Shown: one piece after another, positions 18,098 to 27,251 of the stretch
Numbering within the stretch: position 1 is the first letter of the stretch
Layout: each line of letters starts with the position of its first letter
NCBI GenBank assembly: GCA_963559585.1
Contig: CAUWLJ010000004.1
Location: 2,954-66,953, forward strand
From: an uncultured Eisenbergiella sp.
GTDB lineage: Bacteria; Bacillota; Clostridia; Lachnospirales; Lachnospiraceae
Direction of reading: 5' to 3'
DNA length: 64,000 bases
The notes under the pieces: model-generated
What the model was told of the DNA's origin: nothing
The model's input: the letters and a program-made list of their open reading frames with translations, nothing else
Databases searched by the model: none
Program-made: the position numbers and the translations under genes

Positions 18098-19137
18098 AAA
18101 TTCATGAATATATCTCCGACCATATGAGGGAGCTGATGCTTCCTCCGGGCTTCTTTGCAGCCTCCGCTGTTTTTCTGCTGGTTACAGGCACACAGGGGAG
18201 TGTTCTTGCTCTTCTTGCGCTCATCTGGCTGCTTTTTTTCCTAAGTATGCACGCCAGACGTTACTGGAAGCAGCGCTCCCGTCTGAAGGAGCTGGAAAAT
18301 ATCATGGACAGGCTGGAACAGAAATACCTGTTTATAGAATGCCTCTCCGGAAAAGACGGCTGCACAGTACACGGCTGCGGAAATACGCTTTCTGCTTCCG
18401 TCAGGTATTACGAACGCAGGCTTTTCCACCTTCTCCGCCAGGCATCCGCCTCCATGACCGGAGCAGTATCGGAGGCCCAGGCTTCCTCCAGAGATTATCG
18501 GGAATATATTGAAAGCTGGGTGCACGAGGTGAAAGCCCCCATCACTGCAGCACAGCTGATCTGCCGCAGCGCTTCCCCCGATGTACGTCGGCGCATGGAA
18601 GGGGAGCTTGCCCGGATCAGCGCTCATGTGGAACGTGCCCTGTACTATGCCAGGGCTGAAAATCCGGAAAAGGATTTTCTGATCCGCCGCATTTCTCTGC
18701 AACAGGTGATGGAGGAGGCCATCGGACAGCATCAGACGCTTCTGATCCAGAGCGGTATGCAGATCGAAATGGAAAGTCTGGATTATCCGGTATACACCGA
18801 CGGCAAATGGCTGTGCTTCATTCTGGGCCAACTCCTGCAGAATGCTGTCCACTATCGCAGCAGCCACCCCGTCCTTACCCTTTCTGCCTCCAAAACAGAG
18901 AATCAGGTGAGCCTGACCGTCTCTGACAACGGAATTGGAATTCCCGCCCATGAACTCCCCAGGATTTTTGAGCGCGGATTTACGGGAAGTAACGGCAGGA
19001 CGCGGGGCGGCTCCACCGGAATGGGACTGTATCTGTGCCGCAGGATGGCCAGTTTCCTCCAAATAGAGCTTTCAGCCAGCTCCCGGCCTGACAGCGGAAC
19101 CTCCATCCTCCTTACCTTTCCTTCCAATCAATCCTGA
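18094..19137 (+). CDS. Intramembrane-sensing histidine kinase (BceS-like)
   Basis: Two close N-terminal TM helices, WVHEVKAP H-box, QLLQNAVHY, SDNGIGIP, GFTGSNGR..STGMGLYL; ATGA overlap with regulator. Confidence 0.9.
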   Translation: MKIHEYISDHMRELMLPPGFFAASAVFLLVTGTQGSVLALLALIWLLFFLSMHARRYWKQRSRLKELENIMDRLEQKYLFIECLSGKDGCTVHGCGNTLSASVRYYERRLFHLLRQASASMTGAVSEAQASSRDYREYIESWVHEVKAPITAAQLICRSASPDVRRRMEGELARISAHVERALYYARAENPEKDFLIRRISLQQVMEEAIGQHQTLLIQSGMQIEMESLDYPVYTDGKWLCFILGQLLQNAVHYRSSHPVLTLSASKTENQVSLTVSDNGIGIPAHELPRIFERGFTGSNGRTRGGSTGMGLYLCRRMASFLQIELSASSRPDSGTSILLTFPSNQS

Positions 19138-19173
19138 CAACCGCCCCTATTGGCTGAACCGGTACGGGAAATC

Positions 19174-19237
19174 TTTCAAAAATGTAACCTGAAACAGGGC
19201 AGATTCGATACCAGAGCTGCCTTTTTTTATCTATAAT
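19174..19237 (+). promoter_or_regulatory. Putative BceR-type binding site and -10 box upstream of the ABC ATPase
   Basis: TTTCA-AAAA-TGTAA (19174-87) vs Bce-type consensus TNACA-N4-TGTAA; TATAAT at 19232-37 with no good -35. Confidence 0.5.
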
Positions 19238-19255
19238 ATGGAAAATAACAGTTCA

Positions 19256-19308
19256 GGAGCGTGTTTGAAAATCCATTCCCGTTATATGGCAGTTTCCAGA
19301 TACACTCC
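19256..19308. repeat. Short imperfect-palindromic interspersed element
   Basis: GGAGCGTGTTTGAAAAT...TTTCCAGATACACTCC; 22 bp (19260-81) identical to 33862-83. Confidence 0.7.
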
Positions 19309-19346
19309 AACGCCGGACTGCTGTCATAAAAAGGGGGTTTTTACTC

Positions 19347-20099
19347 GTGCTTCATCTTGAAAATGTGGAAAAATACTATGGAAGTCAAAGCCATGTTACC
19401 AAAGCCGTAGACCGGGTCAGTTTCGATGTCCAGGACGGAGAGTTCATTGCCATCATGGGAGCCTCCGGCAGCGGTAAGACCACTCTTTTAAACTGTATCT
19501 CCACCATAGACACGGCGAGCGCCGGAAAGATCCTTCTGGATGGAGAGGATGTGACAGCGCTTGCTCCGGACGAGCTGGCACGTTTCCGCCGGGAGCGCCT
19601 TGGTTTTGTTTTTCAGGATTCCAATCTGCTGGACACACTCACGCTGGAGGAAAATATCGGTCTGGCGCTCGCCATTCGTCATGGGGATCCTAAAACCGTG
19701 CAGAAACAGGTGCGGGAAATGGCAGAGCTTCTTGAAATCGCCGATGTGCTGGAGCAATTCCCCTATCAGGTTTCCGGCGGGCAGAAACAGCGGGCGGCCT
19801 GTGCCAGGGCCATGGTGGCCGGGCAGTCACTGATCCTTGCAGATGAACCCACCGGGGCGCTGGATTCCAGAGCCGCCCGGAAACTTATGGAGCTGTTGGA
19901 GCGGATCAATCAGGAACGGAAGGCCACCATTCTGATGGTAACCCATGATGCCTACAGCGCAAGCTTCGCCTCCCGTGTCCTTTTCCTCAAGGACGGCAGG
20001 CTGTTTAACGAGCTGCTCCGCATAAACCGGAAGCGCTCTGTGCTTTATCATGAAATTCTGGACGTGCTTTCCCTGTTGGGAGGTGAACAATATGATTAA
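19347..20099 (+). CDS. ABC transporter ATP-binding protein (BceA-like)
   Basis: GASGSGKTT, VSGGQKQR, ILADEPTGALD, VTHD. Confidence 0.93.
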   Translation: MLHLENVEKYYGSQSHVTKAVDRVSFDVQDGEFIAIMGASGSGKTTLLNCISTIDTASAGKILLDGEDVTALAPDELARFRRERLGFVFQDSNLLDTLTLEENIGLALAIRHGDPKTVQKQVREMAELLEIADVLEQFPYQVSGGQKQRAACARAMVAGQSLILADEPTGALDSRAARKLMELLERINQERKATILMVTHDAYSASFASRVLFLKDGRLFNELLRINRKRSVLYHEILDVLSLLGGEQYD

Positions 20100-22107
20100 C
20101 TCAATTTCCCACTCCGATAACAGACGCCCTCGTTCTCCTTTCTGCCGAAGGGAAGGCTGCTGTATAACCCTGTCTGCCCTTTCTCTCAGAAACGCCAGGC
20201 GGCAGGCCCATGATTATCTGGTCTATTTCGCCACCATCCTGATGGCCGCTGCGCTGATCTATGCCTTTGACAGCCTGATTTTTTCCCAGGAGATCCGCAC
20301 CCTGTCTGAGCTGCTGGACAGACTCCCCCTTGTGATCGGCCTCTCCAGCATCGTCGTCCTGGCTATCATCGGCTGGATGGTATACTACACGCTTCGTTTC
20401 ATGCTCACCAAACGGGCTCGGGAATTTGGCACGTATATCCTGATCGGCCTGGAAAACCGGGAGGTTTCCCGCCTGTTCCTTCTGGAAAACATGATAGTGG
20501 GAGGAGCTGCCCTGGTTCTTGGCATCCTGGCCGGGAATCTGCTTTTTCAGGTTCTCCGCGCCCTTCTTCTGTCCATGTTCGACACATCCTATACCCTCAG
20601 CTTATCCCTTTCCATGGAAGCAGCGGGGCTGACCCTTCTCAGCTTCCTGCTGATCTATCTGCCCGCCCTGCTGTGCTGTACCCGGTCCATCCGCCGTATG
20701 TCCATCCATGATTTCCTGTCCATGGACAGACAGAATGACGAGGCTGTAATCCGCCGCGGTTCTACACGTCGCAGAATCTTTCTTTTCTCGCCCATCCTGG
20801 GCGCAGGAGGCTTTCTCATGCTGCTCACCAGAAGTCTCTTCCCCGGTATTCTGGGAGCCGCCATGCTGATCCTTTTCCTGTACGGCTTTTTCATCAGCTT
20901 TTCCTCCGGCGTGCCCGCCTGGTTTGACAGGCATCCCCATCAAAAATATAAGGGGCTGGCCCTGCCTCTTTTCCGTTCCCTGTCTGCAAAGCTTGCTGCC
21001 ACAGGAATCGTCATGGCCACCGTTTCCCTTCTCCTGACTGCCACCTTCCTCACAGAAGGGAGTGGGATACTGTTCCACATCCTGCTGCAGTACCGGGCAG
21101 AACAGACCACCTGCTTTGACCTGTTCCTCTCCTCACAGGAGCGGGGATGGGACAATTTTCAGGACTACCAGGCCTGCATCGACAGCCGCCTTTCTGTCCG
21201 CTCCTCCCATCGGTATGCCGTCTATGAAGGGGACAATCTTCAGATCACCAATTATGTGATCTCCCAGGAGGACTACTGGCAGTATTTCCCTGCGGATATT
21301 ATAATGAAAAAAAGCGACTATGATACTCTCCGTGCCATGCTGGGATACCCGGAGGCTTCCCTGGAGGAGGGCCATTTCCTGATACACTGTCTCCCCTATC
21401 TGGAAAAAAGCCTGTCCGCCTACACAGAACCGATTACGGTGGGCGGCCGGACGCTCCTTCCCCAGAGCGTATACACAGAATCCTTTACCCAGACCCTCTG
21501 GGATGGAAATGGACGCGGCTTTCTCATCGTTGTTTCTGACGAAGCCGTTTCCGGCCTTCCTATAAGCCGCCGTATGCTCGCCCTGCTCACTCAGGAGCCC
21601 CTCACGGAGACGGACTATGACGCCCTGTGCCGCATACGTGACGCCAAAGCCGGGAGCCCCGGCCACGATACCCTTTTCAGCCTCACCAAGGAAAGGCTGG
21701 AAGCCGCAGGCACAGGCGCCCTGCTGGTCTTTCCGCTTATCTATCTGGCTCTGGTGCTCACGATGGTTTCCTCCACCATCCTCACCATTCAGCAGCTTGC
21801 AGAAACCTCCCGTATGAAGGCCCAATTTTCCCTTCTTCACAAGCTGGGCACGGAGCCTGTGGAAATGCGGCGGACTCTGCGCAGACAATTCCTTCTTTTC
21901 TATGGCATGCCAGCGCTCCCGCCTCTGCTGATCGGTACCGGCTTCGTCCTTTCCCTGGGGAACTCCTTTGATCCAGGCGTGTTCACCGGAACCGGCGAGC
22001 TGGTGCAGATCACCGCCTGTATCGCGGGGATTTTCCTGACAGCCTATCTGTTGTACGCATGGCTGGCGTATGAGAGCATGAGAAAGGACGTGATACCGGA
22101 AGGGTGA
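20092..22107 (+). CDS. ABC transporter permease (BceB/FtsX-like)
   Basis: ATG 20092 after GGAGGTG; KRAREFGTYILIG, many TM helices around a large extracytoplasmic loop. Confidence 0.88.
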   Translation: MINSISHSDNRRPRSPFCRREGCCITLSALSLRNARRQAHDYLVYFATILMAAALIYAFDSLIFSQEIRTLSELLDRLPLVIGLSSIVVLAIIGWMVYYTLRFMLTKRAREFGTYILIGLENREVSRLFLLENMIVGGAALVLGILAGNLLFQVLRALLLSMFDTSYTLSLSLSMEAAGLTLLSFLLIYLPALLCCTRSIRRMSIHDFLSMDRQNDEAVIRRGSTRRRIFLFSPILGAGGFLMLLTRSLFPGILGAAMLILFLYGFFISFSSGVPAWFDRHPHQKYKGLALPLFRSLSAKLAATGIVMATVSLLLTATFLTEGSGILFHILLQYRAEQTTCFDLFLSSQERGWDNFQDYQACIDSRLSVRSSHRYAVYEGDNLQITNYVISQEDYWQYFPADIIMKKSDYDTLRAMLGYPEASLEEGHFLIHCLPYLEKSLSAYTEPITVGGRTLLPQSVYTESFTQTLWDGNGRGFLIVVSDEAVSGLPISRRMLALLTQEPLTETDYDALCRIRDAKAGSPGHDTLFSLTKERLEAAGTGALLVFPLIYLALVLTMVSSTILTIQQLAETSRMKAQFSLLHKLGTEPVEMRRTLRRQFLLFYGMPALPPLLIGTGFVLSLGNSFDPGVFTGTGELVQITACIAGIFLTAYLLYAWLAYESMRKDVIPEG

Positions 22108-22123
22108 AGGGGAGACAGCCTCG

Positions 22124-22251
22124 TTACTGTTCACAGCAGCCGCTCCAGGCTTCTTAAATTTCTTCCCGCTCCCGCAGGGACAGGAAGGATTGGGATAAAC
22201 CTTTTTCCTGAGCGCAGGACTTCCAGCCCCTTCTTCTGTCCCATCCTTCAT
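22124..22251 (-). pseudogene. Remnant of a SEC-C motif tail disrupted by an 11-bp insertion
   Basis: KKVYPNPSCPCGSGKKFKK, then CCTGGAGCGGC (22149-22139); deleting it restores TGC TGT GAA CAG TAA = CCEQ-stop. Confidence 0.65.
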
Positions 22252-22414
22252 TCCCTGTACGGGCGTCCTCAGAGCAAATAACGGCTTCGGCTGATCGTCC
22301 GTATCACGGGCAGCCCTCCCCGATATACGTTCATTCCGCCACGCTCTCTCCTGCTCCTCCTGACACTCGCTGCCTGAGACTGCTGCGGGCAGTCATTCTC
22401 AGACCTGCTCTTAC

Positions 22415-22458
22415 GGCAGAAAAGGGTATCCCGAACCTCCGGTATACCCCTTTCTGCC
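22415..22458 (-). terminator. Hairpin downstream of kdgK
   Basis: GGCAGAAAAGGGTAT...ATACCCCTTTCTGCC inverted repeat. Confidence 0.6.
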
Positions 22459-22503
22459 TGTATCATTCTTCCTGCATCTCACTTTCATGCAGTATTTCAC
22501 TGC

Positions 22504-23601
22504 CTATCTCTGCACTCTCGCTCCTGCACCGCCCATAATGGCTTCCACTTCCTTCCGGCTTGCCATGGTGGTGTCGCCGGGCGTGGTCATAGCCAGCGCG
22601 CCGTGGGCCGCGCCGTAGTTCACGGCAATTCCTGCGTCCCCTGTGGTCATCAGGCCGTAGATCAGGCCGGAAGCGAAGGAATCTCCACCGCCCACACGAT
22701 CCATGATCTCAAGGCCCTTGTAATCCTTTGCCTTATAGATCTCGCCGTCCGCCCAGCAGATGGCGCTCCAGTCGTTCACGGTAGCGGTCTTTACCTCGCG
22801 CAGGGTGGTGGCCACCGCCTTGAAGTTGGGGTAAGCCTTTGCCGCCTCGTTGATCATCTTCTTGTAGCCGTCCAGGTTCAGTTCCTTCAGATCGGCGTCG
22901 TTGCCCTCGATCTCAAAGCCCAGGCATGCGGTGAAGTCCTCTTCGTTTCCGATCATCACGTCCACGTACTTTGCGATCTCCTTATTTACCTCCTGAGCCT
23001 TAGCCTGTCCGCCGATGGCGCTCCACATGGAGGGGCGGTAGTTCAGGTCGTAGGATACCACCGTGCCGTACTTCTTGGCGGTCTTGATCGCAGCCAGGAC
23101 GGTCTCGCAGGACTGCTCGGACAGAGCCGCATAGATTCCGCCTGTGTGAAGCCATCTCACACCCAGCTCACCGAAAATATAGTCAAAATCGAAGTCCTCG
23201 GGCGTGGCCTTGGAGATTGCGGTGTTCGCCCTGTCGGAACAGCCCACCGCACCGCGGATGCCGAAGCCTCTCTCTGTAAAGTTCAGTCCATTACGGCAGA
23301 TCCTTCCGATCCCGTCGGTCTTCATCCATTTGATCAGGCTGGTGTCCACGCCGCCCTGCAGGATGAAATCCTCCATCAGCATGCCCACTTCATTATCCGC
23401 AAAAGCAGTGATCACACCGGTTTTCAGGCCGAAGCATCTGCGCAGGCCGCGAACCACGTTGTACTCTCCGCCGCCCTCCCATGCGCGGAAGGAGCGCGCC
23501 GTGCGGATCCTGCCCTCGCCGGGATCCAGACGGAGCATGACCTCCCCCAGGGATACCGCATCAAATTTACATTCCTCTGCCGGTCTTAATTTCAGATCCA
23601 T
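22504..23601 (-). CDS. kdgK: PfkB-family sugar kinase, 2-keto-3-deoxygluconate kinase
   Basis: LGEVMLRL, GGGEYNV, YDLNYRPSMW, DRVGGGDSFASG; hexuronate context. Confidence 0.85.
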   Translation of the reverse strand: MDLKLRPAEECKFDAVSLGEVMLRLDPGEGRIRTARSFRAWEGGGEYNVVRGLRRCFGLKTGVITAFADNEVGMLMEDFILQGGVDTSLIKWMKTDGIGRICRNGLNFTERGFGIRGAVGCSDRANTAISKATPEDFDFDYIFGELGVRWLHTGGIYAALSEQSCETVLAAIKTAKKYGTVVSYDLNYRPSMWSAIGGQAKAQEVNKEIAKYVDVMIGNEEDFTACLGFEIEGNDADLKELNLDGYKKMINEAAKAYPNFKAVATTLREVKTATVNDWSAICWADGEIYKAKDYKGLEIMDRVGGGDSFASGLIYGLMTTGDAGIAVNYGAAHGALAMTTPGDTTMASRKEVEAIMGGAGARVQR

Positions 23602-23667
23602 TTCATTCCTCTCCTCTCTTTCTTTCCGCAGGATGCAGGGTCAGGCAGTCACCGCTTTCCGGCCCTT

Positions 23668-25161
23668 TCACGCCAGGCAGCCTCTCATCAGCTCATAAGC
23701 GCCCTGTTCCCCGATCACCTTCAGATTCTCCGACACGGCTTCACACAGGCCGGGAATCCGGGTCAGATCCTCTCCCCAGAAGTCCGTATTTCCCAGCGCC
23801 GCCTGTGTGAGCGCCTCCGCATCGTCATCCTTGTGTTTATTATAAAACTCCAGGACGTTCCTGTCATCCATTATTTTATATTCCTCATTCCCGCGCACCC
23901 CGAAAAATCCATTTTCATCCAGGCGCACGCCTCTGTAAAAAGCAAGGTAGAAGGCGAGGGAGGCGGTGAGGCAGGCGGGCAGTGCTCCAAGCTTCTCCAC
24001 GTAGCCCTTCAGGGAGGGAAGCACCCTGGCTTTCCACTTGGAGGTGGAATTTAAGGCAATGGACAAAAGCTCATGGTCGATGAAAGGATTGTTGAAGCGG
24101 TCGGTCACCGCAGCCGCAAACTCCAGGCACTCCTGCTCCGGCAGGCTGAGGGTGGGAATGATTTCCTCGTAGATGGCCCGGTTCATGAAGCCGCAGATCA
24201 CCTCGTCCTTCATGCAGTCCCGCACGATGTCCTGCCCTGCCAGATAGGCCCCCAGAACCATGGAAGTATGCGCACCGTTCAGGATCCTCACCTTGCGCTG
24301 CTTGTAGGGCTTATGATCGTCGGTGATCAGCACCGGAAGCCCGGCCTGCGCAAAGGGCAGCTCCTCTTTCAGGCTTTCCGGCCCCTCAATCACCCAGAAA
24401 CCGAAGATCTCCCCGGTGTCGATCACATTGTCCTCATACCCCAGCTCCCGGCACAGCGCCCCGGCCTCTCTCGCCGGATAGCCGGTGACGATCCGATCCA
24501 CCAGGGTGGAGCAGAAAATGTTTTCCCTCCGGATCCAGCCGATGAAATCCTCCCCCAGCTCCCACTGTCTGGCGTACTGAAGCACGCACTTCTCCAGCTC
24601 CTTTCCGTTGTCGTCGATCAGCTCGCAGGAAAGAATGATGAAGCCCTTTCCCTGCTCCCCGCCGAAGGCCTGATACCTGGCGTACAGGAACTGGGTCAGC
24701 TTGCCCGGATAGCTGTCCGCCGGGCGGTCTGTAAATTGGCAGGCAGGGTCATAATGGATTCCCGCCTCCGTGGTGTTGCAGGCGATGAAGCGCAGCTCCG
24801 GGTTTTTTGCACATTCCATGTAGGTCTCGTATTCCACGTAGGGATTCAGGCACCGGCTCACGCTGGAAATCACCCTTTTCTCATTCACCGCTTTTCCGTT
24901 CTCGCTCCCCCGCAGAAAGAGGGTATACAGCCCCTCCTGCTCATTGATGAACTCCCGGATCCTGTCTCCTCCCCTGATGGGCTGCACCAGTACCACCTTG
25001 GAACGAAAATCTGCATTTTCATTCATCCTATCAATAAAATAATCCACAAACGCCCGCAGGAAATTCCCTTCCCCAAACTGAAGCACCCGCTCCGGGGCCT
25101 CCTGCAGCAAAAATCCTTCATAGCCCTGTTCTTTCAGGGTGTCATAGCTTAATTTCTTCAT
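23668..25161 (-). CDS. uxaB: Tagaturonate reductase (altronate oxidoreductase)
   Basis: PERVLQFGEGNFLRAF, CNTTEAGI, LVDRIVTGYP, KVRILNGAHT; start MKKLSY at 25161. Confidence 0.92.
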   Translation of the reverse strand: MKKLSYDTLKEQGYEGFLLQEAPERVLQFGEGNFLRAFVDYFIDRMNENADFRSKVVLVQPIRGGDRIREFINEQEGLYTLFLRGSENGKAVNEKRVISSVSRCLNPYVEYETYMECAKNPELRFIACNTTEAGIHYDPACQFTDRPADSYPGKLTQFLYARYQAFGGEQGKGFIILSCELIDDNGKELEKCVLQYARQWELGEDFIGWIRRENIFCSTLVDRIVTGYPAREAGALCRELGYEDNVIDTGEIFGFWVIEGPESLKEELPFAQAGLPVLITDDHKPYKQRKVRILNGAHTSMVLGAYLAGQDIVRDCMKDEVICGFMNRAIYEEIIPTLSLPEQECLEFAAAVTDRFNNPFIDHELLSIALNSTSKWKARVLPSLKGYVEKLGALPACLTASLAFYLAFYRGVRLDENGFFGVRGNEEYKIMDDRNVLEFYNKHKDDDAEALTQAALGNTDFWGEDLTRIPGLCEAVSENLKVIGEQGAYELMRGCLA

Positions 25162-25310
25162 ATATGCCTCCTTACCGGAGCGTTCCTGGCTTTGGCCGCG
25201 GCAGGAAAACACGCATCTGTTTTCCCGCCTGTGATCCTCACAGCTTTGTGATGCTTCGCTCCAAAGCCTTCCCCGCCCCTTTCACTGCGCCTGCGGCGCA
25301 GGCTTCAGAC

Positions 25311-25430
25311 TTTATCCGGCTGCTTCCGGTTTTATCCCGTCACTTTCCGCTTTATCCTGTCACTTCCGGCTTTATCCTGTCACTTCCGGTTTTATCCTGT
25401 CACTTCCGGTTTTATAATGTCACTCCCTGC
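25311..25430. repeat. 20-bp tandem repeat (6 units) at the uxaA 3' end
   Basis: Units TTTATCCTGTCACTTCCGGT at 25311, 25331, 25351, 25371, 25391, 25411; last unit contains the uxaA stop. Confidence 0.92.
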
Positions 25431-26914
25431 TTAAAAATGGCCATATCGTGGAACCCGGCCTCCTCCGACTTCACCAGCCTGCCGGACGCCACCTCCGTCA
25501 CGTACCGAAACAGCTCCCTGCCCAGCTCCTCCAGCCTTCCGTCCTTTACCAGGCTGCCGCAGTCAAAATCGATCCAGTTCCTTTTGTGCTCATACAGCAG
25601 CGAATTGCTGGAAATCTTCACCGTGGGGACAGGGCAGGCAAAGGGTGTCCCCCGTCCCGTAGTAAACAGCACGATATGGGCGCCGGAGGCCGCCAGCGCC
25701 GTGGAGGCCACCAGGTCGTTTCCCGGCGCACTGAGCAGGTTCAGTCCCTTCACCCTCACAGGCTCCCCGTATCCCAGCACGCCTCTCACCGGAGCCGAAC
25801 CGGATTTCTGGGTGCAGCCCAGAGATTTATCCTCCAGGGTGGAGATCCCGCCCTCCTTGTTTCCGGGAGAGGGGTTTTCATAGATCGTCTGGCCGTGGCT
25901 GCGGAAATAGTCCTTAAAATCGTTGATCAGGGCCACCGTCTTTTCAAACAGCTCCTCATTCTCACAGCGGTTCATGAGCAGCGTCTCCGCGCCGAACATT
26001 TCCGGCACCTCGGTAAGGATGGTGGTTCCCCCCTGACGGATGAGCAGATCTGAAAAAACGCCCACCGCAGGGTTTGCCGTAATGCCGGACAGCCCGTCGG
26101 AGCCGCCGCATTTCATACCAATCACCAGTTCGCTGCATGGGATCTCCTCCCTCTGAAAAGAACCCGCATACCCGGCAAGCTCCTCCACCAGGCGCACACC
26201 GTCCCCGATCTCATCCTCTGACTCCTGGCAGACCAGAAATCGCACCCGTCTCTCATCATAGTCCCCTATATACTGCTTCAGAGTGGAGATATTGCTATTC
26301 TCACAGCCAAGCCCCAGCACCAGCACGCCTCCTGCATTGGGATGGTTCACCAGATCGGCCAGGATGCGCCGTGTGTTTTCCTGATCCTCTCCCATCTGGG
26401 AGCAGCCATAAGGGTGCGGGAAAGAGGCCACCGCGTCGATGCTTCCCTGCGCCAGCTCCTGGGTACGCTTTTCAATGGCGGAGGCCACATTGTTCACGCA
26501 GCCCACCGTGGGAATGATCCAGATCTCATTACGCACCCCCACTCTGCCGTCCGGCCTTTTGTAGCCCAGGAAGGTGCGGGGGAGACTGGAGACGGATTCT
26601 GCCCCTTCCTTCCCTGCCCGCTTCGGTTCATAGGCATATTCCAGCGTATCCCCCAGGCCTGTTTTCAGGTTGTGGGTGTGGATCCATTCTCCCGGTTCGA
26701 TCCGGCACCGGGCACTGCCGATAGGAGCACCGTATTTGATCACCTTCTCCCCGGACTCAATCCTCCGCAGGGCGAACTTGTGTCCCTGGGGGATTTCTCC
26801 ACGCAGGACGATCCCGCCGTCCTCCCCTTCTATACGGATCACACGCCCGGCCTCCAATGTCCTCAGAGCCACCGCCACATTGTCGTCAGGATGTATTTTC
26901 AGAAAATCCTGCAT
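25412..26914 (-). CDS. uxaA: Altronate dehydratase (SAF domain + UxaA)
   Basis: MQDFLKIHPDDNVAVAL, GHKFAL, KCGGSDGLSGITANP, FTTGRGTP; ATG 26914 after GGGAGG. Confidence 0.93.
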   Translation of the reverse strand: MQDFLKIHPDDNVAVALRTLEAGRVIRIEGEDGGIVLRGEIPQGHKFALRRIESGEKVIKYGAPIGSARCRIEPGEWIHTHNLKTGLGDTLEYAYEPKRAGKEGAESVSSLPRTFLGYKRPDGRVGVRNEIWIIPTVGCVNNVASAIEKRTQELAQGSIDAVASFPHPYGCSQMGEDQENTRRILADLVNHPNAGGVLVLGLGCENSNISTLKQYIGDYDERRVRFLVCQESEDEIGDGVRLVEELAGYAGSFQREEIPCSELVIGMKCGGSDGLSGITANPAVGVFSDLLIRQGGTTILTEVPEMFGAETLLMNRCENEELFEKTVALINDFKDYFRSHGQTIYENPSPGNKEGGISTLEDKSLGCTQKSGSAPVRGVLGYGEPVRVKGLNLLSAPGNDLVASTALAASGAHIVLFTTGRGTPFACPVPTVKISSNSLLYEHKRNWIDFDCGSLVKDGRLEELGRELFRYVTEVASGRLVKSEEAGFHDMAIFKQGVTL

Positions 26915-27045
26915 GATGCAGATCCTCCCTTCTTTCTGCCGGATGACGGAAGCAATTTTCCGTACCGATTCAACCCGCGCCACCAGGCAGCAGGCTGCTT
27001 GAGCCAAACGCCCCTTTGAGCCTTCTGTCACTGTGCATCTTGGAA

Positions 27046-27091
27046 TGTAAGTGCTTACATTTAAAATACCCCACCCTCACATTCCAGTCAA
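27046..27091 (-). promoter_or_regulatory. uxaA promoter with a LacI-type operator over the start site
   Basis: TTGACT(27091-86)-17-TATTTT(27068-63); palindrome TGTAAGTGCTTACA at 27046-59. Confidence 0.75.
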
Positions 27092-27195
27092 CAGTCTTTT
27101 CATGAAAAAATCTTTTTCATCAGCCATAACCAAAAAACATCCTGAATCTTTGTACATTTTTTCCCGGCTGTTTTGCTTGTAATTGACCTTCTCTA

Positions 27196-27227
27196 TGTTA
27201 TAATCAGCTTATATGTAAGGGCTTACA
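27196..27227 (+). promoter_or_regulatory. LacI regulator promoter (extended -10) and second operator
   Basis: TGTTATAAT 27196-27204; TGTAAGGGCTTACA 27214-27. Confidence 0.7.
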
Positions 27228-27251
27228 CCGGAAGGGAGGAGAGCAGAAGGC

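Noticed and set aside
21133-22251. 372-aa minus-strand ORF as a real SEC-C protein
   Set aside because: Beyond the first ~40 codons it is antisense to the permease; it extends only because the 11-bp insertion moves the natural stop out of frame.
25311-25430. 20-bp repeat as a CRISPR array
   Set aside because: Units are head-to-tail with no spacers and derive from the uxaA 3' end.
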